Assembly (NCBI GenBank): GCA_048941015.1
Contig: JBHLNZ010000001.1
Coordinates: 64,001 to 128,000 of the forward strand
Length of the DNA stretch: 64,000 nt
Direction of reading: 5' to 3'
Origin: Promethearchaeota archaeon
Lineage (GTDB): Archaea; Asgardarchaeota; Lokiarchaeia; Sigyniarchaeales; SOKP01
The position numbers were made by a program, and so were the translations under genes. The notes under the pieces are model-generated. The model worked only from the letters and a program-made list of their open reading frames with translations. It was not told the DNA's origin and made no database searches. The stretch's first letter is position 1; each line of letters opens with the position of its first letter. Below, piece after piece: positions 32,099 through 42,313 of the stretch.

Positions 32099-32932
32099 TT
32101 ATGATAAAAAATCTATAATTTCTTTATTGACATTTGGTGCTTTTTCTTTTGGAGATTCATGACCTGCTTCATCGATAACTTTAAAAATGCTATTTGAAAG
32201 TTGATTATGTAGATCTTCCATAACTGATCTAGGAACGAGTTTATCATGGGATGCAGAGAGCACTAAGGTCTTATGTTTAATTTCACTTAATCTTTCATAC
32301 ACATGATGAGTTGATAAGGCATTAGCCATATTTTCTATATCTTTAGGAGTTGGAGGATTAGTGCTATAATAATCAATAAGATCTTCGACCGACCATAATC
32401 CATAAAATTTTTTCTTTGGATTTGCTCCCATTTCTTTTCGGAATTTAACATGAAATCCTGTTTTTGCACCGTGCCAGAATGCTTTCACAGAATCTTGTTT
32501 TAATAATTCTAATCCTTTAAGATGAGAGTTTATATACATTTCTGGTCCATAACCTTCAGGTATCTTAGAAAGTGAGTTAATTAAAACTAATTTATTAATT
32601 CTTTCAGAATATTTTAAAGCAAAATTTTGTAAGATCATTCCTCCTAATGAAAAACCCACAAAATGAGCTTTTTGAATATTTAAATAGTCCATAAGATTTT
32701 TAATATCATCAGCAAACATCTCCATAGTATATGGCATGTCCGGACGATCTGATTTTCCTGATCCTCGACAATCAAAAGTTATTACTTTAAATTTTTTCGA
32801 TAACACTGGAACCTGACCCATCCATCCTTCCTTTTTTGATCCAAATCCGTTTACTAAAATTACTGGATATCCTTTTCCGTTAACTTCATAGCATATTTTT
32901 ATTCCATCTAAATTTGCATAATGTTCTGGCAT
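32099..32932 (-). CDS. Alpha/beta hydrolase (tandem copy 2)
   Basis: NGF, DCRGSG, GFSLGG, ASHD, AGH. Confidence 0.9.
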   Translation of the reverse strand: MPEHYANLDGIKICYEVNGKGYPVILVNGFGSKKEGWMGQVPVLSKKFKVITFDCRGSGKSDRPDMPYTMEMFADDIKNLMDYLNIQKAHFVGFSLGGMILQNFALKYSERINKLVLINSLSKIPEGYGPEMYINSHLKGLELLKQDSVKAFWHGAKTGFHVKFRKEMGANPKKKFYGLWSVEDLIDYYSTNPPTPKDIENMANALSTHHVYERLSEIKHKTLVLSASHDKLVPRSVMEDLHNQLSNSIFKVIDEAGHESPKEKAPNVNKEIIDFLS

Positions 32933-32948
32933 AAAATCATTTTACTTT

Positions 32949-33782
32949 TTAACTATTCGCTAAGAATTCTAATATAATTTGATTAATTTCTGGAGCTCTT
33001 GAAAGACAAACACCATGACCCGCTTTTTGAATTATTTTTAAGGAACAGTTAGGTATTTTTTCATTCATTTTTATCATTTGTGAATTAGGAATGACTCGAT
33101 CATGAGATGCACCAATAAGTAAAGTAGGATTTTTAATATTTCCGAGTTTTTCAAAGCTATTAAAATTTTTAAATGCATGAGCTTGATTTCTGAGATCATT
33201 AGCAGTTGTAGAATTTTCTGCGCTACTCTTAATCAAATAATCAACTGACCATAAACCATAAAATTTCTTTTTAGGATTAGCTTTCATTTGACTTCGTATC
33301 TTCTGATGGTATAAAAAAGATGCTTGTTCCCAAAAGTACTCTTCTAAGTTTCTCTTTTTTTTCTCAAGGGATTTAACTTGATTTTCTAAAATAATATCAC
33401 TTAACCAATCAGTTGAATATCCAGTAACGATCAAGATTAATTTATGAACTTTTTCTGGATAAGTTAAAGCAAATTGTTGTGCAATTAATCCTCCCAAACT
33501 TTCCCCTAAGACAGAAACTTTTTCAATTTCCAAGAAAATCAATAACTCTTTAACATCTTTTACAAATGTTTCCATTTCTATTAAATTATCTGGATGAGCA
33601 GATTTACCAGAACATCTAAGATCATATGTTATAACTTTAAATTTTTGACTTAAAATCGGAATTTGACAAAAAAATCCCTCTTTACGACCTCCATAACCAT
33701 GAATTAATATAATTGGAGAACCTCTGCCCTGAATTGCATAACACATATTAACACCATTAATATTCGCATACAAATCTTCCAT
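32949..33782 (-). CDS. Alpha/beta hydrolase (tandem copy 1)
   Basis: HGY, DLRCSG, GESLGG, ASHD, AGH. Confidence 0.9.
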   Translation of the reverse strand: MEDLYANINGVNMCYAIQGRGSPIILIHGYGGRKEGFFCQIPILSQKFKVITYDLRCSGKSAHPDNLIEMETFVKDVKELLIFLEIEKVSVLGESLGGLIAQQFALTYPEKVHKLILIVTGYSTDWLSDIILENQVKSLEKKKRNLEEYFWEQASFLYHQKIRSQMKANPKKKFYGLWSVDYLIKSSAENSTTANDLRNQAHAFKNFNSFEKLGNIKNPTLLIGASHDRVIPNSQMIKMNEKIPNCSLKIIQKAGHGVCLSRAPEINQIILEFLANS

Positions 33783-33816
33783 AATATATATTATAGTATA
33801 GCTCTAATTCTTATAC

Positions 33817-34872
33817 TTATTCATAGAATTTACATATTGAATACCCACAAAATTTGCAGCTTCCATTTGAATCTAAAAATTGCTTCTTAATTCCTAACCC
33901 GGCACGTTCTATAACCATTTTAGAACAATTGGGACAGTAAGTATTTTCATATTTAGATTGATATAAATTTCCAATATAAACATAATCCAGAGATCCTTTA
34001 GCTATTTCAAATGCTTTATATAAAAGTCCTTTTGGTGTTGGATCAATAATACCATAATCATGGGATTTATAATGAGGAAAAAATCGCGATAAATGATATG
34101 GAGTATCTTTTCCTAATTCTTTGCAGATTCTTTCAGATATTTCTCTTACAATTTTAATATCAGTATTGTAGTCTTCAATTAATAATGTCGTAATTTCTAC
34201 ATGTACTCCTAGATTCTTGAATAACCTTGCATTTCTCCAAACTTTTTCTACATTAGCTCCACAGTACTTCCTTACCATACTCGCATCACCCTTGATGTCA
34301 ATATTTACAGCATCTAATCCGCATTTAACCAACTCTCTTAACACGGGCTCAGTCATATAACCATTAGTTACATAGGTATTATATAATCCCTTTTCTTTAG
34401 CTAATTTAAAAACCTCTAAAGAATATTCAAATAATAATGTAGGTTCATTAAAAGAAATAGATGTCCCTTGACAATTATTTTTTGATGCGATTTCAATTAA
34501 TTTTTGCGGAGAAAGAAATTCATTTAAACCTCTTGCGATTTCTGAAACTTTTCTACTTGGGTGACTTATATGGTGATTTTGACACCAGAAACAGTTAAAA
34601 TTGCATCCATAAGTTCCAACTGTTATTGCAATACTTCCAGGATAAAAGTGATATAATGGTTTCTTTTCAATTGGATTAAATGATAAAGAAGGTATTAATC
34701 CATAGACAAGTGAATATATCTCACCATTAAGATTTATTCGTGTCTGGCAATAACCCGTTTCACCCAAAAGAATCTCACATTCCCTCTCACAAGTCAAACA
34801 TCGAGTTGAATCATGATCTTTCTTTTGAAATAAACCTTTTTTCAAAAATTTAGGGTTAATGCTATCCATCAA
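33817..34872 (-). CDS. amrS: AmmeMemoRadiSam system radical SAM enzyme
   Basis: CLTCEREC, PIEKKPLYHFYPG, GCNFNCFWCQN, NEPT, TYCPNC. Confidence 0.9.
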   Translation of the reverse strand: MMDSINPKFLKKGLFQKKDHDSTRCLTCERECEILLGETGYCQTRINLNGEIYSLVYGLIPSLSFNPIEKKPLYHFYPGSIAITVGTYGCNFNCFWCQNHHISHPSRKVSEIARGLNEFLSPQKLIEIASKNNCQGTSISFNEPTLLFEYSLEVFKLAKEKGLYNTYVTNGYMTEPVLRELVKCGLDAVNIDIKGDASMVRKYCGANVEKVWRNARLFKNLGVHVEITTLLIEDYNTDIKIVREISERICKELGKDTPYHLSRFFPHYKSHDYGIIDPTPKGLLYKAFEIAKGSLDYVYIGNLYQSKYENTYCPNCSKMVIERAGLGIKKQFLDSNGSCKFCGYSICKFYE

Positions 34873-34908
34873 AATAGATATAGAGTAATTATAAAATATA
34901 GTTTATCC

Positions 34909-36996
34909 TTATCGATAAAACTCTTTTACGACAATTTGACAAAATTTGACCATTTTCTGCCCTAACTCTAATTCATTTCGGGAGCTTGTTAATATCCAAT
35001 CTTTACCATACAATTTATTCAAATATTCACCTTGAGAATCGATTGAAAAAGCAAAAACTCTAAATCTTTTTCTTACATCCTGAATATCTGGTATGGCATC
35101 ATATAAGCTATAACCGCCATCTGCTGATGGTTGTCCATCAGAAATTACAATTATGATATCATTTTTTTCTAATTTATCAGCCTCATGTTTTATTGAAACT
35201 CCATCGATATTTTGACAACATCGGCTATGGCAACCAAACTTATCAAATTTTCTGGGATCCAACTTCTCATTAAAATCTTTAACTAATATATTTAATGCAT
35301 GAAAACTACCGGTAAATAATACAATTCTAATCTTCGCAATATCTTCTAAAGCTTCATAAAGCATAATCATTGCGATTTTCGCTGCTCTTATTTTAATGCC
35401 TCTCATACTTCCACTTATATCAACAATTAAAATCAATCGTAACTCCTTGTTTATGATTTTTCTTGTAAAACATTGCTTGTATTGATAATCGCTTGTGACA
35501 GTTTTTATCAGCTTACTGTTCAATCTACCTTTCTTTTGGAATGTATCATTTGCAGACTTATTTTTTAAATCTGTAAAAATAACTTTCAATCTTTTAATAA
35601 TATTCATATATTTTGATTTAATTTGAGCGTAAGTCATTGAATCAGGCATCATAGACTGTGATTCAATTTTTACTTCATCAACATGCCTTTTTTTATTATT
35701 TCTACTAGGAGTAGGTTGATATTCTTGTCTTTCTAATGTTAAAAGACGTTCTTGCATTGCATCATTAGCTCTCTCTATAAGTTTTCCTATTTTTCTAATT
35801 AACTCTTTTTTCTTATTATCGACTGGCTTATTCTTGTTAATCTGATCTTTATTTAACTCTTCTCGGGAGTCCTTTAAATTTTCAATTTTACCATTTTTAT
35901 CGGACAAATCTTTTAAATTTAGTTCTTCTTTACTATTTCCAACATCAGAAATATCATTCTTTTGTGGATTATCTAATGAATCTTCTTTTCTTTCACAATC
36001 ATCATCCGATTCATCACCATTTCCCTCCCTATTTTTAGATTTTTCATCATTTTCATCAAAATGTTCTTCACTTTTACCAGAATTTTTCTTATTTCCACTT
36101 TTTTTTCCTTTGCTTTCTTTATCTTTATCCCTATTTTCATTTGCACTCTCTCCTTCATTATCCATTAAGTCATCTAAGTCATCTGGATCTAATTCTTGGT
36201 TTTTGATTTTTTCAATTAATTCTTCACTGGTTTTATCAAGCTCAGTTTTCTCATCATTTCGTTTATTTTTAGAGTTAAATTCCATTTGGTTAATAGTATT
36301 TCTATTTTGTCCTGATTGATTTCTTCTATTATCTGGTGGATTTTCTGATTCTTCAGGTAAATATTTTTTAAGAATTTTACAAAGTACATCACATGAAATT
36401 ATTGATGCACTAGGACTTAAGGATTTGAAAAGAAATTTCTTTACTTTAGCAATTCCTTTCCAATCATTTTTACTTAAATCAAATTGATTTAATTTAGGTC
36501 TTTTTTGAAAATCTTCAAAATTTTCCATATAGAGATTAATATAAGTTAAAATGTCACCATTTGAATTTATTCTTGATTTAATTTCTGGCAACATTTCATA
36601 TGTTAACATTCTTAAATTTCTATAAAATCCTGGAAACTTTCTTTTATTTATAGCATTTATTCTTACATCCTCTATAACATTTATCAAGTTTTTAGCAAAA
36701 CCTGGTGGCACTTTATGCTTTTTTGCTAATGTATCAACTAACTTTATAAAACTTAATTCAAATGAACCATAACCGATATGTCCACCTTCATGTGCAACAA
36801 GACCTTGAGCTGATTTAAGATCATTTTTAAATTTATCAGGTAAATATATGAATCTGCAATCAGTATATACTGAAGGAATATTTCCTATAAAATTAATCAT
36901 AATTTCTTTATTACCGCTGATTCGTTTACCAATATTAGTTAAGGCTAAAATATCAGAATTAAGCTCGCGTTCAAATAGATCAAATATGCTTTCCAT
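34909..36996 (-). CDS. VWA-domain protein (CobT/NorD-like) with N-terminal HExxH and a charged low-complexity linker
   Basis: AHEGGH, NVIEDVRI, MIDAS DISGSM...SDGQP. Confidence 0.8.
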   Translation of the reverse strand: MESIFDLFERELNSDILALTNIGKRISGNKEIMINFIGNIPSVYTDCRFIYLPDKFKNDLKSAQGLVAHEGGHIGYGSFELSFIKLVDTLAKKHKVPPGFAKNLINVIEDVRINAINKRKFPGFYRNLRMLTYEMLPEIKSRINSNGDILTYINLYMENFEDFQKRPKLNQFDLSKNDWKGIAKVKKFLFKSLSPSASIISCDVLCKILKKYLPEESENPPDNRRNQSGQNRNTINQMEFNSKNKRNDEKTELDKTSEELIEKIKNQELDPDDLDDLMDNEGESANENRDKDKESKGKKSGNKKNSGKSEEHFDENDEKSKNREGNGDESDDDCERKEDSLDNPQKNDISDVGNSKEELNLKDLSDKNGKIENLKDSREELNKDQINKNKPVDNKKKELIRKIGKLIERANDAMQERLLTLERQEYQPTPSRNNKKRHVDEVKIESQSMMPDSMTYAQIKSKYMNIIKRLKVIFTDLKNKSANDTFQKKGRLNSKLIKTVTSDYQYKQCFTRKIINKELRLILIVDISGSMRGIKIRAAKIAMIMLYEALEDIAKIRIVLFTGSFHALNILVKDFNEKLDPRKFDKFGCHSRCCQNIDGVSIKHEADKLEKNDIIIVISDGQPSADGGYSLYDAIPDIQDVRKRFRVFAFSIDSQGEYLNKLYGKDWILTSSRNELELGQKMVKFCQIVVKEFYR

Positions 36997-37003
36997 CTCA
37001 ATT

Positions 37004-38170
37004 TCACGTAACTGGAAATATTTCTTTTATTATTTTGTTTAATATCTCTGAATTATTTTGATAAATCCATCTTATATAATTTAGTGTGACTCCTCCATTG
37101 TAAAGATAAGACTTTCCAGTTTCTTCGTTATATTGATATGGTAAATTGAACTTCTCTGTTAATTGGATATATTGCTGAAAAGTTTTTCTATTATGCAACC
37201 ACATCCAGTGGATGACTTTCCACATTATAAGTCCATTAAACTTAAAAGTATTTTTTATTCCATATTTATCTATATAATCTTTAAAACAAACTCTTGTTAG
37301 AGAGATTATTTGATTTACATTTTCATTACTCATTTCAAAAGTAGACTCATTTATCAAGTCAACTGGTTTTCTTTCTTCTAATTGTTCTCTAATTTTGGAT
37401 TCAAGCATCTTTCCATCAATAATCATAGCAATACTTTTCTTCTCCTCGGGAGTTGTTCCAAGTTTGTTAATAATTACATTTTCAATATTATTTTTCAAAA
37501 AAACTGGCGGCATTTTCGAAATTAGAATGCAGAAATTAACGATTAGTCTAGTTGAGAAGATTTTTGTTATCGAAAAATCTTGTATAGCTTGTTTTCTTAT
37601 TTGACGCGCAGTATCTACAACAATCTCAGCAATTTTACTTTTGCAACCGGATATTTTAGAAACTATTTCTATTTCTTTATTTTTCAAAGGATAGTTTACT
37701 TCCGGGCAAATTATAAACCTATCTTCAAATGCTTCTTGGAGCTTATTAATACCAGCAACTCCTTTATTCATTGTACCTATAATAATTAATTTACTTTCAG
37801 AGTTGAGTTCATGTTTTTCAAAACCTTTTGAAATCAAATTAATATGATTTTCAGAAAGTAAAGAATTTAAAGAGATTTGTTCATTTTCTCGAATAGCGTT
37901 AATTTCATTAATTATAATAAATGAAATTCCCTTTTCATTCGCATCTTTAATAGCTAAAGTGAGCGGACCATAATTAAATTTAGTATCTCCTTTTAAAAGT
38001 TCCCAATTTCCTTCAATATCCCTACGATCAAGATCTGGAGATCCATCAATAATATAATAAGAAGCATGATAAGATTTCGCAAGGGAGATCGCTAAAAGGG
38101 TTTTACCAGTTCCTGGTGGACCATGCAGTAAAATTCCTATGCAACTTCCTTTACTAATAGAATTTATCAA
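37004..38170 (-). CDS. MoxR/CbbQ-NirQ family AAA+ ATPase (frame open upstream to ATT at 38242)
   Basis: HGPPGTGKT Walker A, GPLTLA, Walker B variant IIINEIN, GTMN, AFEDRF, STR. Confidence 0.85.
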   Translation of the reverse strand: MINSISKGSCIGILLHGPPGTGKTLLAISLAKSYHASYYIIDGSPDLDRRDIEGNWELLKGDTKFNYGPLTLAIKDANEKGISFIIINEINAIRENEQISLNSLLSENHINLISKGFEKHELNSESKLIIIGTMNKGVAGINKLQEAFEDRFIICPEVNYPLKNKEIEIVSKISGCKSKIAEIVVDTARQIRKQAIQDFSITKIFSTRLIVNFCILISKMPPVFLKNNIENVIINKLGTTPEEKKSIAMIIDGKMLESKIREQLEERKPVDLINESTFEMSNENVNQIISLTRVCFKDYIDKYGIKNTFKFNGLIMWKVIHWMWLHNRKTFQQYIQLTEKFNLPYQYNEETGKSYLYNGGVTLNYIRWIYQNNSEILNKIIKEIFPVT

Positions 38171-38438
38171 ACATTTTAAATAATCAAATTCGTCCTTTTG
38201 TTGAATATATTCAATTTGGTTTTCAGCACTTATATCTGAAATATTATATCCCTCTTTTTATCCTATTTCTAAATAAGATTGAATAGGGTTACCTAATTAA
38301 GTGATAAATTCTGAAAGTTTACTTATTATTAAATTATTACATTCAGAATTTCTTGATTTTTGTATTATTGGTAATTAAATAATATTTTAAATTGGTATAT
38401 AAAAAGTAACCCATTAATGAATTTTTGAAATGATCAGC

Positions 38439-38720
38439 TTAAATTGGAAATGAATGAAAAACATCAGGAGGTTTTTCTTCCCAATCATCAAATGGATCAT
38501 TCTTTACAGCATTTATCATAGAAGGTCTTGCTGCAAGCCAATCCTGTTTTGAATTCCAAATCGCTATACCAATTAAAAGATTATTTTCCTCATCCTTTGT
38601 TGTATGAGCCATAATTAAGCCTGTTTTTCCTTCCATTGCCTTACCAAATCGATGCATAGACTCGATAAGTAATTCTTCTTTTCCTGTTTTTGGATAATGA
38701 ATCGAAATATGAAAATACAT
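38439..38720 (-). CDS. Antibiotic biosynthesis monooxygenase (ABM)-like small protein
   Basis: HYPKTGKEE and IAIWNSKQDW pattern; 93 aa. Confidence 0.65.
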   Translation of the reverse strand: MYFHISIHYPKTGKEELLIESMHRFGKAMEGKTGLIMAHTTKDEENNLLIGIAIWNSKQDWLAARPSMINAVKNDPFDDWEEKPPDVFHSFPI

Positions 38721-38735
38721 TTTTACAACTACCTC

Positions 38736-40100
38736 TTATTTTGTTTTCATTAAAGGCATCATTAACTGAAATAATTTCGAATAAATAAATCTACTTAAAG
38801 GAAGATCAAATAGACGTCTCATCAACCTCAATAATCGAAATTTTTTGGGTTTGTATGTTGAATACTCTTTATTGAATTTAATTCTTTTAATATAGAAATT
38901 TTTCCGAAAAAGTGATAATAAAAGTGAATAGGTAATAATAGCAATGATATCCCAAGCTCTTTTGATATGATCCTCAGGATAATTTAATTTTTCTCCCATA
39001 GCCAGCCTTATAACCTCAATTATATGAAAAATATCTATCTTGCTTTGAATTAATTCTCTGGTTGCCCATAATAAATAAATGCAACCACTACAATATGAAA
39101 TCAAAGTTCTTGCTCCGGTTCTTTCAGCTTCCTTGAATTTTTTAACACCTTCTGAGATGATATCGAATGGTATAGATATGTTTTTTACCCAAGATGCTCC
39201 AGCTCCAAAACCACAACATAAAGAATTCTCCTTAATATGCTTCATTTCTTTAATCTGACAACCACATTTTAACAGAATCTCACGCGGAGTTTCCCAATAT
39301 GCTCCATCGAGTATTTTTGAATAACAATTATCATGAACAGTCACACTTAGGTTCAGTGGTGCTTTGTTTAGTTTGATTTCTCCATCATTAATTCTATTTA
39401 AAATCCATTGATTAAAATTAATGAAATTTTGAGAATGTTGTATATCCATTTCATTAGGATGAATCTGATTAATTAAATACTCAACTGAATCTGTAAGAAT
39501 TACTATCTCTCTTGCATTTAAAATGTCAAAATCTTCCTGTGTTGATATCGCAATTTTTTTTACTATATCCAAATATCCTCCTTGATAAAGATATGCGCCG
39601 GCTTCCCATTGATCTATTAGGTCAACTGGTATGAAATGATTTAGTAATTTGCTTCCCCCTATTATAAATGGGAATAAATGAGTATAACTTCCAATTAACA
39701 ATATAGGTTTATCAAACTTAGTAGAAGTATACATCCAGTTATTTATCCAGATTTTTTCTCTTGGTGAAAGAAACACATTTAAAAGCTGCCAGATATTAGG
39801 CTCTTCGGTAGGACACACAAACCGATATAAAGGTGGAGCTCCTCTCTTTTTATATAGATCATTCCACCTCTCAAGGATAAGTTGATAAGGATTTGCTTTC
39901 TGTGGGCAGTACAAATTACAAGAAAAGCAAGAATTACATTTAGAAAGAGCATATTTGGAAGGTTTCCAATCTATTAAATTTTTAATCTCTTTCTTTGCTT
40001 CTTCTATGGGTAATTGCAATACTGGGCATAGATATAGGCATAAACCACATAGATCGCAATGACTTTTTTGAAAATATTGGAATTTTTTCTCTGCATTCAT
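38736..40100 (-). CDS. Fe-S oxidoreductase, HdrD/GlpC-like (2x[4Fe-4S] plus CCG domains)
   Basis: CDLCGLCLYLCP, CNSCFSCNLYCP, HDNC...CCGFG...CSGC. Confidence 0.85.
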   Translation of the reverse strand: MNAEKKFQYFQKSHCDLCGLCLYLCPVLQLPIEEAKKEIKNLIDWKPSKYALSKCNSCFSCNLYCPQKANPYQLILERWNDLYKKRGAPPLYRFVCPTEEPNIWQLLNVFLSPREKIWINNWMYTSTKFDKPILLIGSYTHLFPFIIGGSKLLNHFIPVDLIDQWEAGAYLYQGGYLDIVKKIAISTQEDFDILNAREIVILTDSVEYLINQIHPNEMDIQHSQNFINFNQWILNRINDGEIKLNKAPLNLSVTVHDNCYSKILDGAYWETPREILLKCGCQIKEMKHIKENSLCCGFGAGASWVKNISIPFDIISEGVKKFKEAERTGARTLISYCSGCIYLLWATRELIQSKIDIFHIIEVIRLAMGEKLNYPEDHIKRAWDIIAIITYSLLLSLFRKNFYIKRIKFNKEYSTYKPKKFRLLRLMRRLFDLPLSRFIYSKLFQLMMPLMKTK

Positions 40101-40137
40101 CCTTCGGCAACCTTTAAAATGAGTTAGTTTATTGTTC

Positions 40138-40953
40138 TTAAGAAGCTATTATCATAATTATTACAAAGGCAAACATTAAGTTTCCAAGTATTATCCCTGT
40201 GTCTTTTAAAGAAGATCTACCGAGAAGATCGTTTCTAGGTTTTCTAAAAATATACATTATTCCAAAAGGAAAGAATATAATTGGAATAAATATTATATAC
40301 TGCGTAATAAACAAGGAAATAACAGTTATTATTAGAGAAATTACAGAAGCAGTCCAAATGATAACTTGTGACGCCCTTGGTTTTAATTTAGATAGTGAAT
40401 CACCATCTATCATTTCATGTACCATCTGACCCGTGAATGCGACACAAGTTATAGAGGCAACAATTAACCATTCGTTTAATCCCATTGCAGGAAAAATAAC
40501 CATAAAAATATCTCCTGCATTTACTTTTATCATAGAATAGGGTAAAATAATATGAGAAACGCCTAAAATTATATGATTAATGATTATAAGAGATTTGAAT
40601 AAACAGTAAAAAATAACCATAGCAACTATTAAAACTAAATAAACTCCTAATAAGGGATTAATAATAATATTATTCATAAAGCATGTTGATCCTAAGAGAA
40701 AGCTCGCGATTGAAATAACAAAAATTTCTTTCCTTTGATAACCTGCCACTCGTTCAAGTGTCTCTTTTTCGTTAGGATCTTTCATATCAATTAGATCATT
40801 AAGAGTGTTCCCTGTAATAGCGTAAAATGCAAAGCCAGCTAATATCCAGATATGAGATATAACACTATAATTATTTAAATAAATACACAATAAACATGGT
40901 ACTAAAACAGAAAAGAGATATTCAACTCTTAAAAGTCTAAATCCTTTACTCAT
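40138..40953 (-). CDS. UbiA prenyltransferase family membrane protein
   Basis: GNTLNDLIDMKD Asp-rich motif, HEMIDGD second motif, multiple TM segments. Confidence 0.7.
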   Translation of the reverse strand: MSKGFRLLRVEYLFSVLVPCLLCIYLNNYSVISHIWILAGFAFYAITGNTLNDLIDMKDPNEKETLERVAGYQRKEIFVISIASFLLGSTCFMNNIIINPLLGVYLVLIVAMVIFYCLFKSLIIINHIILGVSHIILPYSMIKVNAGDIFMVIFPAMGLNEWLIVASITCVAFTGQMVHEMIDGDSLSKLKPRASQVIIWTASVISLIITVISLFITQYIIFIPIIFFPFGIMYIFRKPRNDLLGRSSLKDTGIILGNLMFAFVIIMIIAS

Positions 40954-41145
40954 TTGAATAAACCTTATAGAACTTAATTAACTAGTTTAAAGGTTTAACT
41001 TTTTTAAAATTAATTGATGGATTTATTCTATCGTTTTTAGTTTATATATAAACTCATGAGAATTTGATCCATATTTATAGAATGCCTCAACAGCTCTTTT
41101 TACAAGACCTTAATTTAAAGAGTAAATTATCATTAGAAAGATAGA

Positions 41146-41292
41146 TCATTTTCTCTCCTTCCGTTTCTTACTAAGATTATGATAAATAATTTTACTATTT
41201 GGTGGTTTTTGATCGGGAATTTCTTCTTCTTTGATATCTAGTATTTCTGGGTGTTGATCATTGGGTTTATTATCCTTTTTTTCATCATTCAA
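41146..41292 (-). CDS. Small hydrophilic ORF (48 aa)
   Basis: Hand-translated MNDEKKDNKPNDQHPEILDIKEEEIPDQKPPNSKIIYHNLSKKRKERK; AAGGTGG upstream of TTG. Confidence 0.45.
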   Translation of the reverse strand: MNDEKKDNKPNDQHPEILDIKEEEIPDQKPPNSKIIYHNLSKKRKERK

Positions 41293-41414
41293 CTTTTTTA
41301 CCACCTTAAAAGATAAATTTTTTCATTGACTTCAATTTTTCACACAAACACTTTAATTAATTTGAATATCATTTATTAAATTAATTAAAAAGGTGTAATT
41401 CGAGAAGTTCATAT

Positions 41415-42308
41415 ATGATCTCAAAAATTTTTATCATAGGCCCCGGAGGGATTCTTTGCTATTCTAAAGACTTTTTTAGCAAAGTTGATAAAGATGATGA
41501 GATCGTTAGTGGTTATATTACAGCAGTAAGTGATTTTGCGAGAGAAATTAAAGGAGGCAAAATTGAATCCTTAATTTTTAAAAACTTTAAATTAGTGTAT
41601 TCTTATTCCATTGAATTCAACTGTATTTTTGTAATTGTCATCGATAAGGACGATTTGGAAGATATTGCGAGAAAGAATTTAGAATTGATGAAATCGGAAT
41701 TTATTAATAGATATAGACCCTATTTAGAAAAATGGACAGGACTAGTAAATATTTTTAGTGATTTTGATAACTATATTGAAGAGAATATATATATTCCACC
41801 TGAAATCTTATTAACCGGAGAAAAAGGAGTAGGGAAGACAACTATAATGAAGTTTCTCCCAGGTGAAATGATTTTAGAATTAGATGATAATTTCAATGAA
41901 ATTATACAAAAAACTGTTAAAATTAATGATCTGAAAGGAATAAAGGAATGTATAATTCGATCAATTAATCTAGACAATTTAGTGAATCATTCAGATCTCT
42001 ATAAAGAATATTTGAATTCTATAGATATTATTTGTATTATTACTAACTCAGGCGCTAGTAATCTTGGAAGAACAAAAAGATTATTCTCACTATTAGTAGA
42101 TAAAGTTCATACCTCAAATTTTTATGTTTTAGCAAACTTTCAGGATGAGGAAGATGCCGTACTAGATAAAGATCAAATTTCAGATATGTTTGGTCTAAAG
42201 ACTTATAGCTTTTCAGCCGTAGAAGCAAATGCAAAAGAATATTTTCTATTAATAATAAAAGAAATGTTAAGAGTCTCAATATCAGATAAACTTAATTTTG
42301 AATCTTAA
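41415..42308 (+). CDS. Longin-like domain fused to a degenerate small GTPase
   Basis: IFIIGPGGILCYSK...VSGYITAVSDFAREI (longin-like); GEKGVGKTT P-loop, NFQD at G4, FSA at G5. Confidence 0.8.
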   Translation: MISKIFIIGPGGILCYSKDFFSKVDKDDEIVSGYITAVSDFAREIKGGKIESLIFKNFKLVYSYSIEFNCIFVIVIDKDDLEDIARKNLELMKSEFINRYRPYLEKWTGLVNIFSDFDNYIEENIYIPPEILLTGEKGVGKTTIMKFLPGEMILELDDNFNEIIQKTVKINDLKGIKECIIRSINLDNLVNHSDLYKEYLNSIDIICIITNSGASNLGRTKRLFSLLVDKVHTSNFYVLANFQDEEDAVLDKDQISDMFGLKTYSFSAVEANAKEYFLLIIKEMLRVSISDKLNFES

Positions 42309-42313
42309 AATAA

